A stretch of 64,000 nucleotides of DNA, from assembly GCF_009914755.1 (NCBI RefSeq), contig NC_060940.1. One strand, 5' to 3'. Below the pieces are notes generated by a model. It ran no database searches and had not been told where the DNA came from. It worked only from the letters and a program-made list of their open reading frames with translations. Source of the DNA: the human T2T-CHM13v2.0 reference genome, Homo sapiens. The position numbers and the translations under genes were made by a program. The stretch's first letter is position 1, and each line of letters begins with the position of its first letter. Positions 14,139-25,938 of the stretch are shown here, one piece after another.

Positions 14139-14441
14139 TGTCAGGTTCCAACTCGAGCTGGGGTCCAAGGGGAGTTGGTGGAAGGGTGGCGGGTAGCTGA
14201 ATGAACACTCGAGGCAGTTGGGACCTGGTTTTATTCTCCCGCCTACAGAGTCAGCAGTACAGTACAATAGTGACTCAAAGCCAGGTATGAGCTCACACAA
14301 ACAGGTTACATTAAACGGCTACATAAATGTGATTATGTAAAGCGTGGGGTTGTGTGCCTGCACTTCAAACCCAGTGTGTCATACTGTACCGGATGTCCAC
14401 CTTGGCCTACTCCTGACTGAAGTTCAGCCATTTTCCTTACA
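14139..14441 (-). mobile_element. Solo LTR18 (ERVL)
   Basis: Minus strand starts TGTAAGGAAAATGGCTG...AGTCAGGAGTAGGCC and ends GAACCTGACA, as in the remembered LTR18 consensus. 5-bp TSD gttgc/gctgc at 14134-14138 and 14442-14446. Confidence 0.85.
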
Positions 14442-15559
14442 GCTGCCATCATGGAATTTTAACAGTTAAAAGCAGGAGTTTATTTTGTATATCACAACTC
14501 AAACACATTCCATATGTTTTTCCAGTGTATGTAAGAAGGGACAGTGTCTTATTGGTATCCAGGGAAAGACTAGGCTTTTCTGCCCACTTAGCTAGTATTA
14601 AAACTATAATAAAGAGTTTTTGTGAAAATGGTCACTAGATTTATTGTTGGAGGCTTATGAAATAAAAGGCCTGTAGCATATGACCATTTGCTATTTTTTA
14701 TCTTCATTTCTTCTTTTTTCCTCAGACAATGAACATCACAAAATCTTTCTGCTGGAAGAGCTAGTTCTGGTCACTGTGATACCTGGGCTGTCATTTGCTT
14801 TAAAACCTGGATTGGTTAGAATGAATAGATTTGTCTTTGCCGATGAAACAAATGTCAAACTTTAAAAAGCCTTTTCAGCTATAGGCTTTTCATAGAATAA
14901 GCTACCTCTGTCAGGAATTCTTCTCTCACTACCACATATTCCAGTATTTTCTCTAGTCACAGGCTCTCTACATTGTAGACATAGGTATGCCCACTTCTCA
15001 AAATTCCATTAGTGAAACATTTTAGTTAATTTGCAGAGGGATTTTCACAAGCAAGTCCTAAGAAAATGAAAACATTTTAGTCATACACAAAGGTAGACAA
15101 AAAGGCTCAGAGAAAACATGTATTTCTTTCCCAGTTTTGGTAGTTAAGAATATTTTGCCAATCCAAGGCATATTTTGCTTCTTATTTCTGGAAAGAATGT
15201 GCTTTTCTATTCTCTAGCCCTTTGAGGCTTGTTATAAGAAAAGGAAAGACATAAAATGGCAGGAAATTTGTACTGGATGCTATCAGGCTAATCTAATAAT
15301 AATGTACTTCTGAAAGGGAATCGTGCTGGTAATAAAACTACATGCATTCTTCAAATGTGAATTCACCCTTTTTGTTTACTGTAAAGGTGATGTGACTGTA
15401 GGTAAATTACATCCCGATAACCTATTTTAAAATAGTTAAATAAGGAAGAATAGAGGCAGCAACGAGTGGCACCAAGTGTATATGTAGGTGAGAAGACAGT
15501 GAATTTAATTGCATTTACTTGAGTAGTGCCCTATTATGTCCATACTTGACATGCTCTTT

Positions 15560-16063
15560 GGGCAACGATTTCCTCTCGAAACTACTAAGACAGGCAGCTT
15601 TCCTCAGATGTAACCTGGCAGTACCTTAGCTATACCAGGGCTTACTCCCCCAGAGCTTCTTTGATACTGCAGTTTTGGACACAAGCAGGCTCTCAGTCAG
15701 CACTGCAGCACTCACTAATCTGGAAACACAGAAAATGTAACACCTTATTTGACAACTCTGGACCAAAAAGGGATGAAAGCTATCGAATCAATGCATGTTA
15801 CTTCCATCTCTCAGGAGGACAATTTTGAAGCTCATACTTACTCATTCTCATTTATCCTCTAAGTCTTTAGGGAGATGTGATCCCCAATGGCCAAAAGCAC
15901 TACACATCTCCACAAAGCTCATTGTAAAATGGCTCTTCTTCTTTCCCACCTCACCCTGTCCAGTCACCTCCTCTCTTTCCCTGGCATAGGTTTCCCACAT
16001 CAACATTGTTTCTGAAAGCTCTGACTCAGGTTCTGCTTCCTAAGGATTAACCCAGTCTATGGC
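15560..16063 (+). mobile_element. Old ERVL LTR (LTR16/LTR33-like)
   Basis: 3' end ctcaggttctgcttcctaaggattaacccagtctatggca resembles LTR16-family termini; 5' boundary uncertain. Confidence 0.5.
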
Positions 16064-19000
16064 AGAACGAGAAGGCTATTAACATGCATTGCAAGCTGAT
16101 TACATCCTCATATGTTTTTAAAATTTGTATACATTAATTAATCAATTCCCACAGTATTACGGGGGTAATATTATTCCTTCTTATCAAACTTAGCAATTGA
16201 AACTTAAAGAGGAAAATACTTATCAAGGGCTAAGTAATATATTCTTTTGACATTAAGCTCAGTTTTTTTTTTTTTTTCACAAAAAGCTCACTTTTTTCAC
16301 AAAAGTAAATTGTTTCCTATGAATGTAGACCTTTTACTCAGTCATTAAGTTACTCTTAACCTGACAATTAAATCTCTTTCTTAAAAGAAAAACAGAAGGT
16401 ATTCCTAGTAGGCATTAATTTCAAAAAGTGATTACATGAATTACCCCCTCTCCCAGATAAAATTCAGCATGCATAATTGTCTCACAAGTTTCCATATTGA
16501 TGGGAATGGTTTAAATTTGTTATTACTCCCAGTAGCCCTGGCAACTTACCTTAATACAGATTAAGGTATGTATCCTTGGTTAGATTCCTACTTTTGGCTT
16601 ATCACTGAGCAACATTAATAATATATCTCAGTAGACAGCTTAACAGCTTATAAAAATGTTAAAATCCAAATTAATATATAAGGCATACTAAGACTGAGAG
16701 AAGTTAAGTAATTTATTGAAGGCCTCCATTGCTAATAAGTTGCAGAATGAGAAATCAATGCCATGTCTCTCTTGCCCAAATTCTGTGTTCTTCCTAAGCT
16801 TTGAAAATTGGCTTAATTTGAATCAACTATGACAGCATCTGGAGTTGACTGTTAGGGAAGCTATCTTCAATACAGAAAATATATATAAAAATCCTGTAAT
16901 ATTGTAAAAGGTAAGAACTTGCAATAACAATATTCTAAATTTTGAGATTCTAAAATACATTTAACCCATTATATTTACTTCCAAATTATCTTATTTCTGG
17001 TTTGTTCATTAGCGTTGCAAAATGAAACTACTTCTAATGCACATAAAAACCTTATTGTAGCCAAAAATATCCCTGTTTGGAGTTTATAAAAGTAATAATG
17101 AGAGTTAGGGTTTATCTTTCCTTACTCAATAAGTGGGTCACTTAATAGCCTCCTCAACCTTCTACATTATTTTAGGGATTTCAAAGAACTTCTGAGTAAT
17201 AATTTGAGTCTCATAATAATCCTGTGTTGTTGTTGATTATTATTCCCATTTTACAAATGAAGAAATGGATCCTCAAAGAATATGAACATATTTAAGCATT
17301 AAAAATTTGGTTCAGTTTATTCAAAATAACAATGGTATTAACTACCTTCATATGTTGAATATTAGAAAATGGTCAGTTAGTATATTACCTGTTATTGATG
17401 TAGGCATGGCTGGCTTTTTGTATCTATGGCAAATTATTTTATTTCTAATGCCATTTAACTGTCATAGATAGATGGGTTTTCACTGGCACAGTGCAAAAGA
17501 TAAGGGAAAGGTGTCAGAATTGTGGATGACAATAAGAATTTTTAAAAATGCAAATGTTTGGGATCCTTAGGGAAATGGCTAGTAATTTAAAAGTGTCTAA
17601 CAGGTTGAACAGGCTCAACTGCACTCAATCAAATAGGCAAAACTGTAATGGTTACATGAAGATAAATTATAGTATTAGGAGAAAGGGGCATATTCCAACT
17701 TTTCTGTTATAAGAAAACAGAATATCAGGCTACTAGCCAGGTAGACTTAATGTCAATTCCAAGAGTACCATTCTAATTATGATAATCATCAATAATTAAA
17801 TACTTATTTTGAATTAGGTAAATCACTGAGCAATGGTACATATCTGACACATTAAGGCCCATAGACACCTATACATTAACTTTATCATAGCATATGTTTT
17901 GTACCTTCAATGTGATAGACTCCTTGAGGTAAGTAATTCTTGTCATCATCATCAAACTACATGTAAGTCAATAGAAGCTAAGAATTGTTATGGGACGTTT
18001 CAAGTTTATTCAGTTTCTAAAAGGCAAACCAAGACTCAAAACTATGATCTTAACTATATACCATGCTTCCTCTAGATGAAGAGAACTAGAGAATTCCATT
18101 ATAAACAAAAGCAGTAGCACCCTAAGCTTGAAGACTGGGTCTTTATGATTCAGGTACACCATGGGTTATGTAATTAATTGTGCGATTGTAGTATCCTGTC
18201 TCACATTAGAATACCAGATACTGCACCTAAGATAATGAGACCAAGTCCAGATCCACCTCTCTTAAATTCACTCACTCCCAACATGAAACAGTATAGATGG
18301 AATTACTAAAATATTCCTTGCATTTGTCACAATTCCCTTAGAATTTAAAATGACTAAAATTTTAGAGCAGAGCATTAATATCTACACTCTAGTAAACCTG
18401 AGTGAACCAATTGCTCTAAATAGGATAGGCTTTCAAACAGTGAAGAAGTATAGCAATTTCTCTGATTATTCTCTAAGCCTCTCAATTGAGTAGGCAAAGT
18501 GAGAAATTAAAGCTTGGGCTATTTAGTCTCTTTTATATAATATTCATTAAGATTTTAAGTGCCTATAATAGATTTCTTTGTTAGCATTTTTCATTATCTT
18601 TTCTTTACGGTCATTCTTCTTTCAGTGTTTAATCTATGTGACAGTCCTTGAAGCTAAGGTAATTTGGATTAAATTTTCAAGCAAGATCTTTTTGTGTGTG
18701 TGTGTGAATTCCTATCAACTTGTTTTATTATGATCAAGATATTTTACATCCACTCTATTCCTTTATCCGCTAATTTACTGACTTTATTGAAAAAGCAATC
18801 AAGTTTGTCTGGCATAACATGTTCTTTATAAATTTAGCATAGCCCCAGAGAATGTAATCTGCTATTTATTAACAAAGCAGGCAACAGAAGCACAGGCTTT
18901 TTTTTTTTTTTTTCCAGACTCCTCCAGGGGACTGTTGCAGAGACTGATTTCTGGTTTGAAAGAGGAATTCACAGTCTGTTCTCTGTAAAGGGGTAGGACT

Positions 19001-19529
19001 CCGGAGGCAAGGGTAAATCTCTTCAAGCTCACACAGAAATCTCATTTTTTTTTTAAATGGAGCAGATTTATAAGGGACTATATCCCAGAGGTAAAATCAA
19101 GGGCCTTGAAGTGTCATAGATGTAGCATCTGAAATTCTGAAAGGTGGTCATAGCTGAAGCTCACAGTCAGATCCCAAGCTTGAAGTCAGCCTTGTTGGAA
19201 CTCTAGGGGACCAGAAAGGGCCTGCCATCTGTCACACATTTTACATATTAACCTTTTAATTGGCTTCATCATATTTTTACTCCCTGGAATTGTTTAGCTC
19301 AATTTCCTCTAAAAAACAAAACAAAACAAAACAAAAACCTCATTTTGTTAAATGAATATTTAAAATCCTCCTATTTTTTCTTTGTTTTCATTAGTCTAAG
19401 GAATAACATAATTAAATAAATGCACAAAAATAATGTCTTAAACTCCTGGTAAAACAAGAAGGTTTATATGTAGATTAAATGAATGGGTAATATGAAAAAG
19501 CCTGTAAAATTAAGTACCATTTCCCTAAT

Positions 19530-19665
19530 TTTAGCCTATAGAGAGATTATTTGTTTAAAATGCAAAATTTTGGGTTCCATTCACATAGATTCTGATTCAG
19601 CAGGTTAAGAAATGGAAATATGCCTTAAAAAACTTGAGGTGACCCAACTCCTACACTTTTAGAAA
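19530..19665. mobile_element. MER5 (hAT-Charlie) fragment
   Basis: ttgtttaaaatgcaaaattttgggttccattcacatagattctgattcagcaggtt motif. Confidence 0.55.
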
Positions 19666-20589
19666 AATAAAAAAAAAGTTATAAAGTGCTATTGAATTGG
19701 AAAAAAACTTATTATATTAATCAATTAATTTTAATTTTAAAATTGCCAAGTCCAAATATATCTATTGTGCCCACTTAGATACACACACACAAACACACAC
19801 ACACACCCATTGACCATATGTTGCTTCCTGCTGTGAGAGTATAATCATTAACATTTTTAAGGGGTCTTGGAGGCTTAGAATACCCAAGGTGTGGCATGCC
19901 TAAAAGTGATGCCTAGTATTTCCACTGTCCTTTTGTCCAGAGCCTAGTCATATGGCTCCAACCTAATTATAGTGGAAAACTTGGATATATAATCTTCCTC
20001 TGAGCCTGGGATGAAGATTGGTGAATAATTTGTCCCCGTTTCTACCAACATCCTGAAATAAACTAGATCTACATATTTCTATAACTAAGATCCAGTTCAC
20101 ACTCTGAGTATAAAAGAAAATATAGAACGACTATAGAATCATGAAATACTGGGTCTTGTAATACTCTTTAGAGATAATCTAGTCAGATATCAGCATTTTA
20201 ATAATGGGATTCTATTTCTATACTTAGGAATTCAAGTGGGGAAAATAATATCAAAATTAAAAAACAGAAAGCTGAAAAAAATACAAATCCTTTGACTAAA
20301 GATATTATTTCAGAAAAAAAGACATAATTATATATCCATTTAAAGTAGGTAAGGTGAATAAGTTCAATTTTGTATTTTATGTTTCAAATGTTTAGATTAC
20401 TATGAAAATGATCAAAAGCTTATGTTCATACAACAAGAAAGAATTTAATTGCATAAACTCTTTAAAGTAGTTTGAACTCCATAAAGTGATATGTATTTTC
20501 CAGTGGAGAGTTAGAAGATAATAAAATAGACCATGCATCTGTTACTTTTACATTACACCTAGAGCTAACATTGTATAATAAAAAAAATA

Positions 20590-21600
20590 ATGGATTTCAG
20601 GTTACAGCTTCAATATGTAAAGAGCTGCCCACCTTTACAGCAACAACAAAAAATTACACAAGCTGAAAATCGACTTTTCTCAGACACACCAGAGAAGTAA
20701 GTTCTCAGGGAAAACTGCCACAGTGTACTCTGGAGAAACAAACACAGCTAGAGAGATATTGTGATCCACTTACCAGGGGTAGAAGCTGCTAGGTCCACAA
20801 ACTGCTAGCAACAAATCCTTCCTAATGTCAATGAATTGCTAGAGTGAAGGGTGAACTAGTCTGAAAGTGAGAGTCTCCCAGGGCTATATGGGTGGGCAGT
20901 CTTAGGAGGGCCTCCATACCTTCCTGCGCTCTATCACCAGAAACTTCACCAGTGGATAATTCACAAATATCCCCTCCTGGCTCTAAAAACAAAAGAGGAA
21001 GAGTAATCACGGTGAAAATACACTAATAACCTTCTCCTTAACAAATGCGTACTCTCCAGAAGAAAGTTCTATTTCATAAAATCATCCAGCCTAGGAGAAG
21101 GGAACCCCACTCCAACCCCTTCCAGCCTTGCTGTCTTACCGAGGAAAGGGGCAAAGTCACAGTCAACAGGGTTGTTAGTTTCAAAGATAATTGATTGAGA
21201 ATGCTACAGTCAAAGAAAGGGGTAGATAGTGGGTGCAAAAAAAGAAGCCACATCTCTAAAGAGAAAATTGTGAAGGTCACACTGGAGACACAGTTCCACT
21301 AAAAGCTTGAGAGTTAATCAGAAGTTTGTGAAATACTCTTCCACCCCCACATCTTACTTCTACACTAATAGGACTCCAATATGGTTATGGTGGATTATAG
21401 ATGAAAAAGCTTCAAGCTACAGACTATCTCTAAGGAGGAGGAGGACTTAGGAAACTCCAAAGGCAACAGGGAAAACAAAAAAGAATGGAAGGAAGCAAAG
21501 AAAGGAAAAGGAAGAGAAAAATAAACGAAGAAAAGAAAAACTTATGAAAATTTGAATCCTCTGACAACTACAGCTACATCAAACTTGAAATACAGTGCAA
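20590..21600 (+). mobile_element. L1MC-type 5' UTR
   Basis: ggatttcaggttacagcttcaatatgtaaagagct...caagctgaaaatcgac...cagagaagtaagttctcagggaaaactgcc resembles the remembered L1MCa 5' end. Confidence 0.6.
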
Positions 21601-21604
21601 TTCC

Positions 21605-23005
21605 TTATGGTCTGTTCTTTTAATCCCTATCTCTTCTTTCACCAACACCACAGTGTCTTACTCTATAAGTCTTGTGGTGGTGTAATATGAATTTTCCAAC
21701 TTAATCTTAAGCAATAATCAATACAAATTCGTTGTATTTTGCCATCTCATATAAATTTTTGAATTATTTAGTAAATAGCTACAAAAATACTTGCTGGTAT
21801 TTTAATTTGGATTGCATTGAATCTATATATCCATTGGGTGAAAACTGACATCTTAACAGTACTGTGTCATCCAATGTATGAACATGGGATATTTATCCAT
21901 TTACTTAGAATGTACTTGATTTCTTTCTTCAGAGTCATGTTATTTTTCCTCACATAGATTATGTTATATATGTTGTCATACTTAAATATTTCTGTCTTAA
22001 AAAATTGAATTCTAATTATGTATTGCTAATGTACAGGAAAACAATTGACATTTACTTATTGATTTTTCATCTTGCAACCCTATTATTACTCACTTAAGTT
22101 GCAGGAGGTACGTCTAGAATGTTTGGCTTTCTACTGAGACAATCATACCATCTGTGAATGAAAACAATTTTATTTATTTCTTCCTGTCTGTTTGGTACAC
22201 CTTTTATTAGTTTTTCATCTTCTTTCTCTAACTATTATTTTTAGTCTCCAGCTAATTTCTAGTACAGTGTTGTGCGGCATTGGGGAGCAAGGGCATTCTT
22301 GCATATCTGGAATAAATTCTACTTAGTTGTAGTAGATAATTCTTTTGTATACATATTTGGATTTTAGTTGCTAATTTTTTTTCAAAAATTTTTATATCTA
22401 TGTTCTCGAGAGTTATTTATCTGCAGTTTTCTTTTCTTATGTCTTTATCTTGTTTTGGTATTAGGCAATGTTGGAATCACACTGCAGGAAATGTTCCCTC
22501 TTGGTATTATATTTCCTTAAAATGTTTTGCTGAATTAGTGAAAACATCTGGGCTTGGTGCTGCTTTTTTTTTGAAGGATAATAGAAGTTTTGAGCCAATT
22601 TTTTTTAAGGGACTGAGGCAATTTTAAGAGCAGGAGTGAAGGTTTATTAAAAAGCTTTAGAGCAGAAGTGAAAGAAAGGAAGTAAAATACACTTGGAAGA
22701 GGGCCAAGTGGGCAACTTGAGATATCAAGTGCCAAGTCCATTTCCTTAATAGATAATGACTATTTGGGTTATCTGTATCGCCATTATGTGAGTTTTGAAG
22801 ATTGTCTCAGTAATTTGAACTATTTAATCTAAATTATAAAATACGTGGGCAAAGAGTCATTCATAAAATTTCTTTACCCTTTTAATGTCTAAGAAAGCAC
22901 AAGTGATAAGATCTCTTATTTTAATATTAGTGATTAGACTTTTTCTCTCTTTTTGTTATTGCTAGCTTGGGTAGAGATTTATCTTGTTTTCTAATACTAT
23001 CTTTC
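21605..23005 (-). mobile_element. Old L1 ORF2 segment (antisense)
   Basis: ggattgcattgaatctatatat...actgacatcttaacagtactg...atgaacatgggatat are antisense L1 ORF2 motifs. Confidence 0.8.
22599..22735 (-). mobile_element. MER4-group (MER50-like) LTR R-region fragment with oligo(A), inserted in L1
   Basis: Minus strand: gcacttgatatctcaagttgcccacttggccctcttccaagtgt...ctctaaagctttttAATAAAccttcactcctgctct...ccctt then A8. Confidence 0.7.
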
Positions 23006-23007
23006 CG

Positions 23008-24185
23008 GATGAAGAACCCAGTATTCATTTGGAAAAATAAATGATTCTAGGACTGATACAGGAAATATACCTGTGAGCCTGGATTATCTTGTTATGCTAA
23101 AAGTTAGGAAGTGCTTAAAAAACAAAACAAAAATAAACGGGACAACTTTGGTTACATCGAAAGGATATAGGAGCACACTAGAAGAGCCCCCAGTGATCAG
23201 AGACAGAATAATATAAGCAATAACATAAATAAGATAGCATCGGATTGCAACTCAAAGTATAAAATAAATCCATATGTCTATGTTGAGATAAATAAGGTGT
23301 CAAGTGAATAAATAAATGAAGGGAGGGGGAGAAGAGACAAATCATGCAGAAGAATTTAGAATAATTTTGGAAACACCAGATCCTCATGGAAGAGGACCAC
23401 AATTCCTCACTGCTTAAGCGTGCTGCACATCATGCCTTCCTTCCAGTGAACAGGTGGAAATGGGGATAAAAGAGTAACTTGATAAATGAAGAAGCCTCAC
23501 AAACACTATATCAGCCAGGTGGTAATGTCAACATCAACAATGTTAAATCATGGTAATAGTATGTACCTTTGACATGATGCAGTGAAAATGGAATGTTACT
23601 TCTGTTGTCTTCCTCCACAAAACCTCCATTCCCAGTCTAACGATAAGAAAAACATCTGGCGAACCCCAGTTGGAAGACATTCTAAAAGGTAATGACCAGT
23701 ACTCAAACGGTTTAAAGTCATCAAAGCAAGGAACGTCTGCAAAAGTATCACAGTGAAGAAGTACCCAATAAGACACGATGACTAAATGAAATCTGGTATC
23801 CTAAATATCCTAAATGGGATTCTGGGACAGAAAAAATGACATTTAGTAAAACCTAAGGAAATCTTTACAAAATATGGGCCTTTATAATGTATAAGGATGG
23901 GCTTATTAATTATGAAAAATACACCATGGTAAAGTACAGTATTAATAACAATGGAATTTGGGTGTGGAAAATGTGGTTACAGGTTGAATTAGAGAGAGAG
24001 AGAGAGAGAGAGAGAGAGCATTAATATAAAATGTCCTCAAAGGTTAGAAAAAAAAATGGTTACAGCAAATTGTGTACCCTCTCTACAGCATCTTCACATT
24101 TCTGTAAATCTAGACCTATTCTGAACTTGAACTTAGCCAAAAGGCTGAGAAGCAATCTAGATCTTTTCTGAAAATAAACTGTATT
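23008..24185 (+). mobile_element. L1MC (MC3/MC4-like) 3' UTR, with (AG)n at about 23991-24018
   Basis: aaatgattctaggactgatacaggaaatatac..., gttggaagacattctaaaaggtaatgaccagtactc, and terminal tctgtaaatcta...aaaataaa. Confidence 0.75.
24126..24156 (-). pseudogene. Tailless U2 snRNA 5'-fragment retropseudogene
   Basis: Minus strand ATTGCTTCTCAGCCTTTTGGCTAAGTTCAAG versus U2 nt 1-31 ATCGCTTCTCGGCCTTTTGGCTAAGATCAAG (28/31). Flanked by 16-bp direct repeats at 24110-24125 and 24157-24172. Confidence 0.9.
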
Positions 24186-24730
24186 AAAATGAACTTGACT
24201 TATTTTATTTCATTCTCTCTAGGGCATTTATAACATACTTTGCTGCAACTAATTTTTTCCAGCCTTCTAGGACATTTCTTATTAGTGTTCTCTCTCTCTT
24301 CTTCTCTACCTCTTAACACATTTTTACCCTCTAATTCAACCTGCAAATACCCCCTCGAAGGCATACAGATAATTTTAAAAATCTTAGAATGAGTCGAGAA
24401 CTTAAAATTTGGTTCTTAGCCACTGCCCAGTGTTTCCCAGTGGTTCCTGGGAGTTCCTCCTACAGAGAAAGATGAGAAAGATGGGCACATATAAGAACAT
24501 AATCACAGCTAAATGTCCCTTAAGTGCAGTTCTTCTGTCACTGATGTTCTGCAATAGCTCATTAACACCCAAAGGGACAGGGTCTGTTGTGAACCAATTG
24601 AAGCAACCATCAAAAGTCCGTTATGCTACCCAAGCAGTATTCAAAGCTCATCTGTGTTCTTGAGAATTGATTCTTCATAGAATTCTGCCTGACTCTCAGA
24701 TGGCCAACTTAATGTTAAGAATGGAGATCA

Positions 24731-25591
24731 AATGGTATTTCTAGTTCTAGATCCTTGAGGAATCACCACACTGTCTTCCACAATGGTTGAACCAGTTTAC
24801 AGTCCCACCAACAGTGTAACAGTGTTCCTATTTCTCCACATCCTCTCCAACACCTGTTGTTTCCTGACTTTTTAATGATCACCATTCTAACTGGTGTGAG
24901 ATGGTATCTCACTGTGGTTTTGATTTGCATTTCTCTGATGGCCAGTGATGATGAGCATTTTTTCATGTGTCTGTTGGCTGCATAAATGTCTTCTTTTGAG
25001 AAGTATCTGTTCATATCCTTCGTCCACTTTTTGATCTAGAACTAGAAATACCATTTGACCCAGCCATCCCATTACTAGGCATGTACCCAAAGGATTATAA
25101 ATCATGCTGCTATAAAGACACATGCACATATATGTTTACTGTGGCACTATTCACAATAGCAAAGACTTGGAACCAATTCAAATATCCATCAATGATAGAC
25201 TGGATTAAAAAAATGTGGCACATATAGAATACTGTGCAGACATAAAAAAGGATGAGTTCATGTCCTTTGTAGGGACATGGATGAAGCTGGAAACCATCAT
25301 TCTGAGCAAACTATCGCAAGGACAGAAAACCAAACATCACATGTTCTCACTCATAGGTGGGAATTGAACAATGAGAACATTTGGACACAGGGTGGGGAAC
25401 ATCACACACCGGGGCCTGTTGTGGGGTGGGGGGAGAGGGGGAGGGATAGCATTAGGATATATACCTAATATAAATTACGAGTTAACGGGTGCAGCACACC
25501 GACGTGGCACATGTATACTTATGTAACAAACCTGCATGTTGTGCACATGTACACTAGAACTTAAAGTATAATTAAAAAAAAGAAAAAAAAG
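24731..25591 (+). mobile_element. 5'-truncated, 5'-inverted L1PA (PA5-like)
   Basis: 24731-25035 is antisense ORF2 C-terminus (ORF 24763..25014 contains [18 protein letters not shown]). 25033-25591 is sense through the 3' UTR and A-tail. 13-bp TSD AGAATGGAGATCA at 24718-24730 and 25592-25604. Confidence 0.95.
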
Positions 25592-25938
25592 AGAATGGAG
25601 ATCAGATGATTGTTCTCTTTGCTGTACTTTCCCCTGTGATCATTTGAAAACAAACATCAAAAAAGTGTTACTTCCCAAAAGGATATTTGTTTTCTACAAC
25701 TCCGTACATTTAAGCCAGCTTACAGGCCATGCTTCTGCTAATATTTGGCATTTTATATTAAACTTGGCACTTCTAGACCCCAAAAGCCTTCCAATATTCA
25801 AAATCTGGCTAGATAATATATTGCGGTCTCAATATCCTTACCTGGGAAATGAGATACAATGAGTGTTTATGTGGAATAACTGAGATAATTTATGTAAATG
25901 GGTTACACCAGTACTAAGCACTTTATGAGAATGTAATA

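Noticed and set aside
12875-18830. Possible L3/CR1 and further MIR fragments (about 12875-13070, 16690-16790, 17190-17300, 18630-18830)
   Set aside because: Too diverged to delimit reliably by eye; needs a Dfam HMM search.
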